From Monocercomonoides exilis PA203 (Eukaryota > Protista > Preaxostyla), in assembly GCA_001643675.2 (NCBI GenBank), contig LSRY02000054.1:248001-312000 (forward strand): a stretch of DNA of 64,000 nucleotides, given 5' to 3'. Each line of letters begins with the position of its first letter. Within the stretch, counting starts at the first letter, position 1. The notes under the pieces are model-generated. The model searched no databases. It had not been told where the DNA came from and was given only the letters and a program-made list of their open reading frames with translations. Below, piece after piece: positions 15,001 to 23,100 of this stretch. A program made the translations under genes and the position numbers.

Positions 15001-16658
15001 GGTCGTGGTGGATATTTGCAGATAAACAGCGAAGGGAAACAGAAAAAGTATGGAGCTCTATTATTGGAACTCTTTGGAAGATAGCTGGAGTTCCTGTGAT
15101 TGCGAAACAAAGCGAGTTGCTTTTGAATGGATGTGTTACAGTTAACCGAGAAAAAAACCTTGGAGTTTCTGACACAGAATGGTTTAGGTCAGATAAGCAG
15201 ATATTGAGTGTTTCCACAGGAACATCAGCTGATCCGCTGAATTCTCATCGGGGAAGTGTTGCATGGCCTTCGTCTTTATCATTGCAGAGTTCTTCCTCAT
15301 CTTCACAAAAACTTCTTCATGAAGAAGGAGTATTAATGGAAAGGAAAGAAAGAGACAATGAAGAAGAAGAGCGAATGTGGATGGTTGAATATAAACTATC
15401 ACATTCAATTGAGAACAAAGGAAAGTCAACTTTGCCTGATGCACATTATGCATCTGTACAAAGAGTATTTTCTGCAAACAATGTGATAGGTAGTGCTGTA
15501 TACGCACTGAAACGATTTGTGTGCTTGACAAAGAGGAGAAGTGTGTTTTTGATGCATTCGGTGATTTATTCATCATTTGGGTTATGCGAAGGAAATGGAG
15601 AGGGAAAAGGAAAAGACCGAAAATTTGAATTTGCTTCTTCAAAATTGAATGAGATGAGGATGTCAAAAGAAGCATCTTCTTCGCGCTCTGATTTCGATTC
15701 TTTCTCAAATTCAACATCCATTCCAGTAAGCAGGAATGCAATTGGAATTGAGACTGATTTAAATGTATCAGATGCACCAACACCAAGTAAAACAATCGAA
15801 TTTAACGTGATAATCCCAATCCAAGGTTTCATTTCTTATGCTCAATTCAAGAATCTTCATATCATCATGCATTTTATCACAATGCTTCTAACGCACAGAG
15901 ATATTTCAAAACAAATAGGAATGCAAGAAATTGGGGAACTTCTGGTCAACTACCTTACATTCTTGTCTTCTTTGTACTTCTCTCATGCTCCACAAGATTT
16001 TCAGCTTTTGCTACCATATGATTTGATTGGTAGAACTGATTTTCTGAGCCAAATTTCCCGTCTTATTGAAATGACAACTTTTCCAAGTGGAACAGAATCG
16101 AATTCTCAATTTAGTTCGGTTCCTGCTCGGCCTTCATCGCTTGCACTTACATCATTTACTCAGCATGCAACTTCATCTAATTCAGCCTCTCCATCTCTTG
16201 TTTCTCCTGTAATGATAAGCAATTCCGATTTGCGAGGAGGAGACATCTATTATCAACTTTTTCTTCCTCCTCAATCTTCTTCTGTGCATTCTGCATTTGC
16301 TGTGCCTGTTCCGCTGCAGGCGACCCCTTCTTCTTTTGTGTTTTTGAACGCCCCGCCTCTTGCAATACTCAGCGAGCTGACTTCGCTTCTTGCACAGATC
16401 GTAACTGTTCTCAATGTTATGGCAACAAGCAATCCATCTGTTGCCCGCTCGCTTGCCTCTCTTCAATTTTTGCCTTCTTTTCTCATCACCCTCTGCTGTG
16501 TGAGAGCAGAATCTCCTTTTTCTTCTGTTTTCGCCACTCGGCTTCCTTGGCAATCTATCACTTTACGTGGAGCTGCTCTTAGACTAGCTGTAACACTTGC
16601 TCCAAAGATGCCAGTACTTAATGAATTCTGTAAGAAGCTCTGCAGCTTGGTAAAGTAG
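3..16658 (+). CDS. Giant low-complexity (poly-Ser, Glu/Lys, Asn) hypothetical protein, 5'-truncated by the window edge
   Basis: The 5407-aa ORF 435..16658 starts at a GTG, but the same frame reads open from position 3 (ISKKIEGKKKEKEKE...). The exon therefore continues upstream of the window. It ends at TAG 16656-16658, followed by AT-rich intergenic DNA. No recognisable domain. Confidence 0.85.
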   Translation: MSKKIEGKKKEKEKEKEEREGEEEKEEKEEKEEKEKEEGEEEEEDYGREGREEEGKKDGEGGEEERERERERERERERERGGEEEEEEVQIEGLQQEQEEEQEEIQIEEGEGENEKGGEGEEEENEREEREKGEEEREEEGEEEVSFEWESEEGRKRRELHKEESLRKDYNKMDNDDDDDDDEEEKEKEKEKEKEKEEEEEIEKEGGRGEEGEGEEEGGGEEGEGNENLSEEGNISSDSINSIEEIKEEEKERGEEGKEEGEEEFSRKYSIELGTSEEIHITSASSSSSLSSSFHKNNPSSAHLHMSKSAHSFSNSNGNMSNSGSLNMSISASASISHPHPSSSSSSSLSSSSSHSISPSPSPSPSPPLSSSLSSEATTETAVSTAPVTPSLNEAEKNSFLDEEEEEEEKEEGKREKERRGEEMKMKMKEKEKEKEKEKEKKEKEGEGEQKTRSYASSSSSSSSSSSSSSSSSFSTTKPTKPSTSSSSSSSSSQIRSETKAESKNDMKNDMKLPLPLVVIHPPVLMTKSLAEQLQKQNEGKNGKRNENWNEKWNEKGNRMRKDGRKEGNIEINREKMDGNKETDLNLSSSNSSSSSSSSSQFNSNQINVVKTREFLPSSSSSSNQNNDISSSSSSSSSSSSSPFLQSKSSPYFPLHSEDNTTSSSSSSSSSSSSSSSSFSSPSQHIPIYSSSSSSSSSSSSSPSNSSPSPSSSFLLSPPPPPATRIPKELLILSHRMLHNLHPSKKSTENSIETSGFHSNSTQGINSSSSSSSSSSSSFSSSSSSSSSPSSISFLSMIPNQKDMDNAINSTFSIHDVLPADASHNLTSVIFAFVRVLLNPYLGDSDVFLSAYIIYSLLIRSGVASMTPLFFSRTKPMALFPHPPNLLPLIFAPNNKRRIRRRRMGGGGGYTEPVNSMGYYNSSSASLFHQPYLPISPNSSNLCSIPISPRFNEFSMKNASLNQKDKNKQTENKQENEKEKGEKEKERESKLKQEMEKLREKRWKEERLDEVFGYSSMPFDNLWIESPLFISILPSFCSLLLPKQKNFPPKIVDFENNKAFSSNNSSSSSSSSSSSSSSSSSSSNSSFSSSFFFSPLTRTPPTHIVKPISFDSFPSPFDCFVRNSSYSSSSSSSSKDVISIALSILSKQSSKLNTQNTVNSSNSSSSSSSSSSSSTSPSSLSSSPSPSSPHSHLSHLSHLSSSSPSNPSSSSSSSSSLFPFSTIHPPILFPSPPIPTWLAVRWGVCRWLPILECVPLILSLSHSCVIRACSIRVPSLPHSVNIPSLTVDEMMEEIGTFEEELAGFARELEGNNNNYNSSSSSSSSSSSSSSSSTSSSLFSLHSNSDGEDIHFKTNNNNNNDFMSNTSNMSNISQVPLSPQSNLSYEPFASNNISNNISNNTSSSSSNTSNSSSSSSSSYIHANNSNASYTTTSTSSLPLSVSLSRLSSSSASPSSFPSSSFPSPLSFPFSFSSSSRSSLLRNILLLFSINWFDTARSYLTALRGLSHLLRCFGCCSRALYSSIIGSFWNGTFRPQWAYQGRGGGGGNEDGEREEGESVNENSDSSSSASASSPSSPLQSQNRRKPTSSIASNAALFSSSTARMNQTFIQTRKTESGGSFVAGKEYYYNSGMNGGMSNYNNNSNSSGSNNSNTNKSGSNKSVNSNKSNISNNGINSKNNKNNNNTSNLFEEDVWLNELVKIAAPFYATFFQCPDEVQVNQKSYRSSSFSLEHPSAIFELNVPNIFASSIPSSFASSNSSSSSSSSSPPPSNFALNQNNYSSSAKLPTSSSSSPFHDQTTTTTPSSPLPSLPSTSPFLSLPSQYQSLLSFSRECPILNQTLHPTCFLRWHHILSFAFPFLSFCPNCAILPRNTPTHILFAARITHRKMMREAEMIANGGSLARSSLVSSPPFPPLYPLPHPSLSSLPIHQSHPATSSSSTSSSTTTDISHSSSTSSSPSFIHPTSSHTLPLLSVPTERELVKIYSELVGEIQKAAIDCMNAVIESVESVGQSASLSSVSRNLFMKSVISHTPIADNSSSSSSSSSSTTSSSSSSSSTSNSSFSYPHTSSFSSTSGSFSYPMHHSPSYSHALSHTQFDNFRPTYSQQTFSSPQNPSPSSFVFPLSSHRLSSAFSSTSSSSSSRPSSSSSPLSSFLSSFFSSSSSSLHRILSSNPLNFLQHITRELLPCLGSILFGGSERWGCLPLSEELFCVIHGVGNCSCVREWKSPMKRGVDAMKSLGSAGSVDSIYLYEGANNVGVNANQMNKGGGSYGINGRGRGEEEGEEMSGNSFAFQQNSSSLLALPSIRGKHNSSLANQLSKQNVSSSSASLPSSSSSSSSSPVSSRIRLPTVPSIPDLNSMYSADGFPISEIDSNENADNTKEIPISSNSSSNSSPPQQTPLVLPPSFMQPSPSDNTNSQQLNPSSSSSSSSLMPPMPPSSSSSSASSSIPDSKRLRSHILAKTYRNMRLHIHLIQSTPPIPVLPNPVVKGLLHTTSSVILSFLSWVLFPAIQPMYENVDLLFAGETRGAWEKNNKAMDEAERMKKEKEKGEEKGAEKEKVKGKKEKESGRKETKQNKQTTQSQSASSPSPAPVPSPYSYPFDPYQPPDWYSCGRASSLPHLPFVHSLMQTSRDATNKILNQFLNEINEHSPRSPVFTHANGSSSSQTSSQTSSASPSRLSFPSRLHELDTTTTLSIVSLMNSEFFNYNLVSLARRGKTGNNENRSARNVGNVRRTKYISSSSSSSSSSSSSTLLPSSSSSSASSSSSSSALPSSSSSSYTSSSSSSSSLSPRNRDPSSLASTMSSFASNNVHQHPQSNSISNSNNNIQSNANSTEEDYESPEEDYPYLPHVVSFIIECFCHFVFFVFETNTSSPAFTCRHGMLVSICRILLWVLRMSDAHHIQLHIDGADMLSTSDVRLVDLVAALLLTPLSTAISRREKMIGMLSKQMLSYYLADTTADSSNVSEQAMTLAAVSASSTTTTSSSSSSSASLSSSSTISNFSGQHYQTSHGSSAFLAPSFGSNRQQQMNSYLGRESGIGRAQRDQLVYETQRAKSTYSIDNPTEMLSNRYIFNNSSSNNINNNYDILNSPLLSLIAGLIDLELECLSVCPYINKRNGNVHLLEGGQCFIPDQTNELNLREMLPDSSIRNRKNIFGVMNVEHHIVLLIGLYGVLTEVAVSGAQTTYLLSETVDEHERFSAKPPLLAEGTVSSSSSSSSSSPSSSSSKNKKRIHSPALIRLRFAMLRMSINCNLFEPVIPFTPSPFQSNDPYSLEYGSYSYSSSSHPSLSSSAAVDNEFSNSSLSHIPSTRDFDKLGLLFTPRQQQANDAFIQTATSATSAYNFTEESRQQQQLLMKGNADNASRLDLKRPSPLLHVSRPGEEDQMGINLKGGKTGNTSSSSSSSNTASFASASPASVASNKLFLTDPSSSAQQHWRDILSEQVRLSVFSLSAHMLRLSTILSMGISSDYPHSPLVSAFICMYNTSMIVNDPLQTIGTFVRNHNPWTTRQTLSIYTEDYRRVRVVPTLFEMYYENIGGRHGEGWLKFALQMPWEHLDVSSQKELRRKLSPRTMFAQGGTGRDRIFEQMDNVEEVDERSKHQFQAVYRWGLPFPVNLAKTRKRIENRNALGSSKAGYSSGSSSSTAHLDATDAFQGALMTKEQRGQTQQMNYFIEKSQFLASSSQLLKKPESSKSVLPQARNSVISIFNDKTVFNTSKEKFATVVSQQPTKQIQQQNKQPLFSSHECILPHWDQISSSLSGHLFRHHQNTLSALLCSFFAFAEAMCYSNGDGINEEENDDEVNDEAFDGVNERLITNSRGFASQSATSVKLNSSSASSSKDQNISSAIESSPETAVPVVPRHYFALANINNYDRMENKFCNWWNRSVTRLMHPSNGVIGSKEYSCLPVTRPFNIASSPFGTSNQEKLHLQQQQQQKEVGIKGDRMKKSEDSRNGSNRGRDTSAANAKRDSRLIWSGVMSSLPVLPIWTVCGNMFPIRHTNGSKNGVLYGSSSSSSTSSSSSSSSSSSSVVFNPRAIRVSQADLLSTFMYLSHTHSLTTQLNNELEEIVNSSSSAGLNQSTVSFLSNVPFFFSFPFIHSSTYLQKVVSTSSSSFSSSATSNYSSKRFRGMDSEKESRGERFMYERSDLKEDAYFAHPLSPPPLSPKSDSNASFGQAKGEWWIPNKENNAEKQRKLYLLQGPPNKKLYPHFVSSLSSVHSNTPVFRIVSSLDFGRGRDAFTNELSIRGSGAGAAGGYGKELLIGVGSKPFSLTLEHPMSFPSFHSSSSSSSNLNSYSSSSTARMLSSSRFNHRMSTQSSMDAFPYPDILSDNGNGIWLVDLLVWLSYAISSPPPLSYGFGGGIIPLSMPNCISAGLAHSPVEYALSFLSRVTKEVLSDLQNDCIAKGSNQSSMMTVAQKMKELKRSNERGMMADYAKTMSSAGVDGMGSLKGGRSSLNFMNEDVDTLSTPSSEWMMADGSYSDVVSRYSRLTINSSRSNFGRVALRDGREGYSNRMRAIVQNRMGGADGKHLGLGIFSYASNEDHNECFYLYQNRSGVAHSTGNVNVMSSSNMIFDLIGSHFQLNPSISMCTQSGAATSDRPSSPLSAFASQKQIQEKDFTSAQRGMLSFISSASSDEPLAERPHVLCVASPSQFAAIPLLQLHIGFFNMVLFVFILNGVSLWDALLCIIDPSVYCVAPSPLSFSVRPPLCSSPPSSNRKIQQFSVSMMTDLHKLSEDSFASLPIPPQISEHISEALGNNIRVKKREQEISNEHYASIVRSERYVGEHSRPRPSTAKPIAANSNYFNQIVQFSFRSVPTSASAEIFSFLPAIGESRFEILTIRSLFSIVQIMEQILEVATVLSRITVEWDGKTLWNRTGSSINKKKSQISDSNSSEYDESSNSSPISGNSSALPTIHPPVSPKSPLSVSLVSSTNETSATTKSRQIRFNILQAVRSRSICLKVSDPFWPSAVSYLIHANGHTIHLLTNLLRNSFSDDISMWRCSRDVVGSWWIFADKQRRETEKVWSSIIGTLWKIAGVPVIAKQSELLLNGCVTVNREKNLGVSDTEWFRSDKQILSVSTGTSADPLNSHRGSVAWPSSLSLQSSSSSSQKLLHEEGVLMERKERDNEEEERMWMVEYKLSHSIENKGKSTLPDAHYASVQRVFSANNVIGSAVYALKRFVCLTKRRSVFLMHSVIYSSFGLCEGNGEGKGKDRKFEFASSKLNEMRMSKEASSSRSDFDSFSNSTSIPVSRNAIGIETDLNVSDAPTPSKTIEFNVIIPIQGFISYAQFKNLHIIMHFITMLLTHRDISKQIGMQEIGELLVNYLTFLSSLYFSHAPQDFQLLLPYDLIGRTDFLSQISRLIEMTTFPSGTESNSQFSSVPARPSSLALTSFTQHATSSNSASPSLVSPVMISNSDLRGGDIYYQLFLPPQSSSVHSAFAVPVPLQATPSSFVFLNAPPLAILSELTSLLAQIVTVLNVMATSNPSVARSLASLQFLPSFLITLCCVRAESPFSSVFATRLPWQSITLRGAALRLAVTLAPKMPVLNEFCKKLCSLVK

Positions 16659-17039
16659 ATGCTTGTGTTATAATAATTATAATATTTTCGTTTTATTTAT
16701 GATAAATATTTCGTTACAAGTGGATTTGAGTTTGGTATTCTTTCTTATTTTATTGTGCAGATTACGTATTTTAAAGTGAAAAGTGGAGTTTGAAGAGTTA
16801 TTGTTTAATCTTTTTCATTTTTTTTTTTTTTTTTTTTTTGAGTTTAGGCAAATTTTCAAAAAAGAGGGCATGCCAAATGACTATTATTGTTGTTATCTTT
16901 ATTTGTTATAACGTTTTATTTTCTTTTTTGTTAAAAAAATTATCACAGTAAATTTGTTGAAATGAATTTTTATATTTCAATAAAAAATGTGATTGTGGGT
17001 GATATTATAGTTCTTTTCAAAATAGAAAAAAAATTGAAA

Positions 17040-17305
17040 TGAGTGATTATTATTGAAATCATAACTTTTATCGGTGTGTTGATTTTTTCAGAGTTTGTTT
17101 GATCATTGTAAAGAGATTCTGAATTCAAATTGTTGAGTTATCACTCTTGTTACAAAAACAAATGTTTCACTTGAAATAAACATGAAGATGTCTTTTATAA
17201 AAAAATTGAATTTTCAAATGTATACCTCTGTGACATGACAAAAGAAAAATGAAAAAATGACAAAATAACTGACAAGATGTTTATGATTTGTCAAAAAGTG
17301 TTATT
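17040..17305. mobile_element. MITE-like ~260-bp element, copy 1 (right end degenerate)
   Basis: Begins tgagtgattattattgaaatcataactttt. Aligns by eye with 19145 onward and with the reverse complement of 32150-32313. Confidence 0.55.
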
Positions 17306-17805
17306 TTTAACGATTTCACAATTCTTGATAACAATAAAAATCTATTAGAAAATGGATTGATAACTCTTCTGATTATCTGAAAAAAAAAATTTTTTAAAAA
17401 ATGTGATCAGGTTCCCAATATTTATTTTTTTGAGACGAAATGTCATTTGAGGAATAATTTTGTCACAATTTGTCATTGACAGTCACTGATGGACACTGAC
17501 AAAAGAGAAAAAACTACATGATGTTACAGATGCTATCAACAAATCGTTTCCATAGTGCTTTGAAAAGTCTTTAGAAGTTTTAGCAATAGCTTCATAAATT
17601 TTAATTATAATTTTTTTTTTTTTTTGTGACAGACGAGGCTTCAAGTTATTTGTCAGGTCACAGAAGTTTGTTCAAATGTTCGTTTGTTAATATTCAAAAA
17701 AAATTTTCGGACCTTTAATTTTGAAATAAAAAACGATTTCGAAAATATTGACTTTCATTTGAATATATATTCAAAACATAATATTTTTTTCAATATTTCT
17801 CCATT

Positions 17806-18950
17806 ATGTATCATTTGCTCCAAAAGAAACTCCAAGACTGCTGCTCTCATCTTTGAATTCCCCATCTGATGATTTTGTGTCTGCTGTATCATTCATATCT
17901 AAATGGATTCATCTTCGTTTAAAATTTCCATTTCTTTTTCCATTTCTTCTTTTTTTGTTCAATAAACAATCACATCAATCAATTCTTCTAAAGGATATTA
18001 AAGAATGTCTTTTGCAATTCAAAAAGCCAAATTATCTCCCACATATCTCTCTCAAACTCCGTGTTTGCGGGAAAACCATCTCAAATGAGACAACATTCCT
18101 TCAATGGTTTTTGTGAAAGTATCAGAAAGAGGATTTGCATAATGCAGTTTGTGGAGTACTGTCTTATGAACAAAGAAAATTGTCACCAAAGAAGAAAAGC
18201 CTTCAGCTCGTCATTCATTATTATTGTCTTCTGAAGAATGTGAGATTTGATGAGAGGAATAAGAGTGATAGCAGAACGATCAGATGAAACAAAAATCTAT
18301 CGCTTTTTAATTTGTGAAGTGTCATTTGTTCTTTCAATGGAGCAGAAGAACCACATTTGTTTTTTTCTTTTCTTTCTTTAATATTTTCTCCTTCTCCGCG
18401 CGCATTCATCAATCTCCACTATATTTCCTTTCCCACACAATAAAAATTGAATCCATTCTATTTTTGATCTGCATAGGCACATCTCAATTCATTGCTCCAA
18501 TAACCCACTGCTGCATAATGAACTCCTATCATTATGTGAATATGCTTTGCAGAAACTCCAATCCACAACAGTAATATGCTCAATCAAAAGTTTCCAATTC
18601 CAATCTTCGATTATGTTTTTATTGTATCTTTAAATACTGATCTTTTTTTCCAGCACTTTCTTCAAGACCAATAATAACACTTCTCTCCATCATTTATCAA
18701 TTTCCTCTCTTTTAAGTGAATTTTGGACTGCTAATGTTTTTCTCTCAGAACTTTGTTGAAAAACCATTCCCATTCTCGACCTTCGTTTATAAAAGTGGTT
18801 TTCTTGAAAAAAGCCGAATATTTTTGTCACAGGAGCTACCATTTCACGAAAATGTTTTTTTTGATCACACTCATCATGAAGAAAATAGAATTTCCAATTA
18901 AATTTATGAAATGATTTGTACAAGTTCACATCTTCAATCATCCTCAAATG
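17806..18950 (-). pseudogene. Degenerate Merlin / IS1595-family (ISXO2-like) DDE transposase
   Basis: Minus-strand translation gives CGKGNIVEIDECARRRRKY*RKKRKKQMWFFCSIER...DRSAITLIPLIKSHILQKTIIMNDELKAF, then after a frameshift HKTVLHKLHYANPLSDTFTKTIEGMLSHLRWFSRKHG. This matches the Merlin pattern VEIDE..KRKYNRG..WVFGGIER..DRS..TL.P.I..HI.PGT.I.SD.W.AY..HxTVNH..F.DP....TNTIEG.WS.LK. An upstream CWKKRSVFKDT..SKI segment fits the N-terminal region. In-frame stops at 18378-80 and 18297-99. Boundaries approximate. Confidence 0.88.
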
Positions 18951-19141
18951 AAATCATTGAAAAGAAAATAACTGTCTCATTCGATTTGAGCCTATTTGAA
19001 TTCAAGAAAAACTACAGAATACAAGAGCAAATTTCAGAGGAAATGAACAAATCATCAGCGTTCTTTTCTTCAGTCAAAATTGAATATTCGGTTACATAAG
19101 AATCACTTGTTGGAATGTTTTTGAACTGATGAAAGAGAAAA

Positions 19142-19405
19142 ATATGAGTGATTATTATTGAGATCATAACTTTTTTCGGGTTGTAAATTTTTTATAGGTT
19201 TTTTGTCATAAAGAAAAGATTTTGTATTTGAAAGCTGAATTCTTCACAACTGTTTCATTGACAAATGTTTTTGCTCAAATAAAGATGATGATATCATTTG
19301 AGAGTCTTTTCATTTTTCAGTGTTCTTTTTTTGGATGTTCAAGTGAAATATTCGAACCGAAAAATATGAATGAAAAAACATGATTTCAAAAATTATCACA
19401 CATAT
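19142..19405. mobile_element. MITE-like ~260-bp element with terminal inverted repeats, copy 2
   Basis: Left end atatgagtgattattattgagatcat and right end atgatttcaaaaattatcacacatat match 22/26 as an inverted repeat. The interior resembles the copies at 17040, 32056 and 32710. Confidence 0.7.
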
Positions 19406-20158
19406 GAAAATCATTCATCTCTCAGATCCATGAAAGAAAACTGGAATCTGTTCATTTTCTGATGAAATATGTTTGTCAGATTTCTTTGAAATAGCATTTA
19501 ATTATTTGTTACAAGAATTGAAAAAATGATAATTCATTCTCCGAAAAATAAAATTGATGAATGTGAATATGTAATGAGCATGAAATATGAAGAATCGATT
19601 TACAAATTTTGAAAGAGTTACATGAATATACACATATACGATGAACTATAAATTTAAAAAAGGTTAGCTATTCAAAAAAAAAATGAAGAGCGAAAACAGA
19701 AGTTGGAAAAAATCAATTCAACTGCTTTTCTATGAATTGAATTTAAACAAATATAAATGGTGAAAATGTTTTAAAAAAATTAACTGAAATGTTCATCCAT
19801 TTATGAAGCAGTTGCTGATATACAGTCGGAGTTACAATTGACAAAAGAAAACTATCAACAAATGAAAATATTTTTCAACCAAAACTTAAAAAATATATTC
19901 CATAAAAAGCACGCCCATATTCCAAAACAAATGAAAAGCATCAGACTCTCTCAATGAAAGAGTCAGTGACAAGGCAAGGCGAAAAAATACTAAAAACTCA
20001 TATTTTCAAACAAACCCTTTGTCATCATTCTCACTCATTCCCACTCATTTCACGTATTAAATTATTCTGCCTTTACAACCTTCAGCAGGCTCATCCAATT
20101 CCAAAGTGCATCTTGAGAAGATCTACAAAAGCACATTCACTTTCATCTTTCATAATTT

Positions 20159-23100
20159 TCATCTCTCGCTGAACAAGCTCCCACCCCAACTCCCACTTCC
20201 ACTTCCACTCTCACAGTTCCTTCTATTTGTGTCTTCCTCAACATCCACAGCATCTGACACAGTCATAATCACAGCTCCTGCTGGAAAACGCTGAATGAAC
20301 TCTCTCTTCAGTCCAATTAGAGAAGGTCGTTGTTCTGGAACTGCTGAAACACACTGGTCAATCAGTGTACTCATGCTTCCATTTTTGACTTCATTCTTCG
20401 GCCTTTCTCCATTTACAATCTTCTGCCCAGCTGTCACAGCTTCATATTCTCCAAATGGGATTTGAAGGGTCAAGCACTCCCACAACATCATCCCGGTCGA
20501 GAACGAGACCGATTCCTTCGTTGCTTCCATCTTCTTATTGATCAGAAGCTCTGGTGCCTTCCATCTCAAGCACTCTTTTTTGAAGCTATCTTCATCCTCA
20601 AATGCTGATGAGGGAAGAGAGTCACTTTCATCATCATCCACACTTGCAGATGTCACAACGGTTGATGAAGAGATTGATGATGAATCAGAATCATCTGACA
20701 ATAAGTCTGAATGCATCACAATGCATATCACCATGTGTTCGGAGAACAAAACTATGTGGGGACTGAGATTGGCAAGTGACTGAAGAGGATTGTCCATTTC
20801 ATCAAATGAATGAAGGGCGAGATTAGCTACCCAGAACAGGATCTGGGCAGCTGTTTGTTCTCTTTCCTTCAATGAACCAATTGGCATCTCTTTTGTCTTA
20901 TTCCTTCCATGAAGCAGCATGAACAGCGAATCCCTCAGATCCACAATCAGCTTTTCATGAGGTGATGAACATGCCATCGCATCCACAAGATTCGACATCG
21001 ATGAGGTGGTTGGGCATAGGTCCTCCCCACGAACAAATGTTGAATCTGAATCAGTTGTTGAAGTGGATGAGACAGATGGAGATGGTGTTCTCTTCCTTAT
21101 CTCTTCTTCCTCAACTTTCTCCAGCATCCATTCTGGGATCTTGTCTGAATCTTTTCCTAATATGTATTCAGTGGAGCCACTCTCAGATAGAAGATGCTCT
21201 GATGACTCCGAATGTTGCATATTCGTGTCATACACCCTCTTCTTTATCCTCTCCTCATTCTTTTTCTCTGCCTCCCTCTCAGCTCTTCGCCATTGCTCCT
21301 CTGGCGATATCTCCATTGTCACCATCTCAAACGCTTTCGGATCTTTTCTAATGTTGTCATTCACAATCTCTCTCAGATCTTTATTCTCGTTCTTTGCCTT
21401 CCTCCATCGAATTGTCATAACAATCGATACAATCAGAACAATCAAAAGAATAACTGCCATAATTATCACAATCAACAACCAGAAAGATTTCCCTTCTTTT
21501 CCTCCTTCAACAATCCTTTCATCTCCTTTGACCTTTGATTCTGTTTTGTTCTTTAGAATCTGTGGGCTTGTTGCAGTCAATTGCTTTCCAAACAATATCA
21601 TCACTGACACCTCTGTTTCATCTGCAATCGTTGAAATATTTTCTGATGGAATTCTTCCAATCACTTCCGTTTCTGATATGAAACTATCTTCGTCAAATGG
21701 ATATGTCTCAACCAATTCCACATCTCCTGTTTTGAACACAAGTCTGAATGACAAGTCACATGGCACAAAAAGAGATCCCTTGAATTTGATAAAAATACTG
21801 CTTCCATTTTCATTCGCAGAAACTTCTTCCAATTTGGGAATGAAGAAAGGCGATGATCTTTCTGCGGCTATCCCTTTCAAATCACATCCATCATTCAGAA
21901 TCCAAAGAGAAGAATAAGGCATCAATCCATCCCCTCCCTTCAAACTCAAAATGGTCAGCGAAGCAGAATCAGAGCAAATGATATTTCTCCGAAGAGAAGA
22001 GTATTTTTCAATGAATGGATTGTTGTTTGCAAACATTCCCATCTCAATAACTGTCTTTCCTCCTCTTATCGAAATTCCTCCCTTTGACGAATCCTCAATC
22101 TTAATTTCTTTTGCGTGAAGATTGGAGTTTTCCACGTTGACAAGCGATCCACTCCATTCACATATTTCTCTGAAATCATTATTTCTCTCGCTTTCGCTTT
22201 CTTTTGTCAGAATTCCTTCAAGCTCACACATGTGCATCGAAACATCAGTCATGTTGTCAAATTCCATGATGCTTCCTTTATCAGAGCGAGAAACGCAGTT
22301 GGAACACGAACAATTGGAAAGAACTGTATGAGCAGATGATGAAGAAGCAGAGAAAATAGAAGCTCCTTCTGAGTTCCTTGAACAGTTATTGAATGATGAA
22401 TCAGCAAGAGCAATTGTTCCCGAAGTTTTTTCGTTTATTGAAATGGTACAACCTCCAGACAATTTCACTCCATCAGCATCAATTCCATTGAATACAATTT
22501 CTTTGCAGTCAGCAATCTCAAACACATTTGTTATTGAATCAATATTATCCAGATTGAAATTTGTGATTGAGACGTCATCTCCATTTAACAGAAACGAAGG
22601 GTTCTTGAATGAAAGGAACGATACTGAGCAGTTGTCAACATGAAGAATTCCATTTTCGATGCTCAACAATGTTGAATTGAGAACAACAGATTCAACGTTT
22701 TCTGATTCCCTTACCGGAGAAAAGTCAACAGATGAAAGGGAAAGTTGTCCACTTGCTTCGTGAATAATTGAATTGCCTGAATATGAAAACGATTTCCCAA
22801 AATTGAATTTCAATTTTTCAATCCGAACAGTCTCTGTGGTTGTGAAAAGACTTCCCTCTTTACCAGCAATTGTTGAGTTCAGATGCACCAAAGCAGCTGA
22901 GGGAGATTGCAATGAGCGGATGATCACATTCAAAGCACTGCATTCTCCATTGACGATAGTCTCTTCTGATATCAACAGCTGTGAGTACAGAGATGGAATA
23001 ATGTGTTGGATTCCAATATTCAGCGAATCACAAGGCACACTGAACTCTCCACATTGCTTGCTGTCTGCGCGATTGTCTGCAACCGATGACACAAATATCG

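Noticed and set aside
6-16553. Many short antisense or alternate-frame ORFs (poly-K, poly-L, poly-H, poly-F)
   Set aside because: Shadow ORFs of microsatellite-rich coding sequence.
18290-18385. In-frame TAA/TAG as a sign of TAR=Gln recoding
   Set aside because: Intact genes here end in TAA or TAG, the stops do not fall at Gln-like positions, and the element also has frameshifts.
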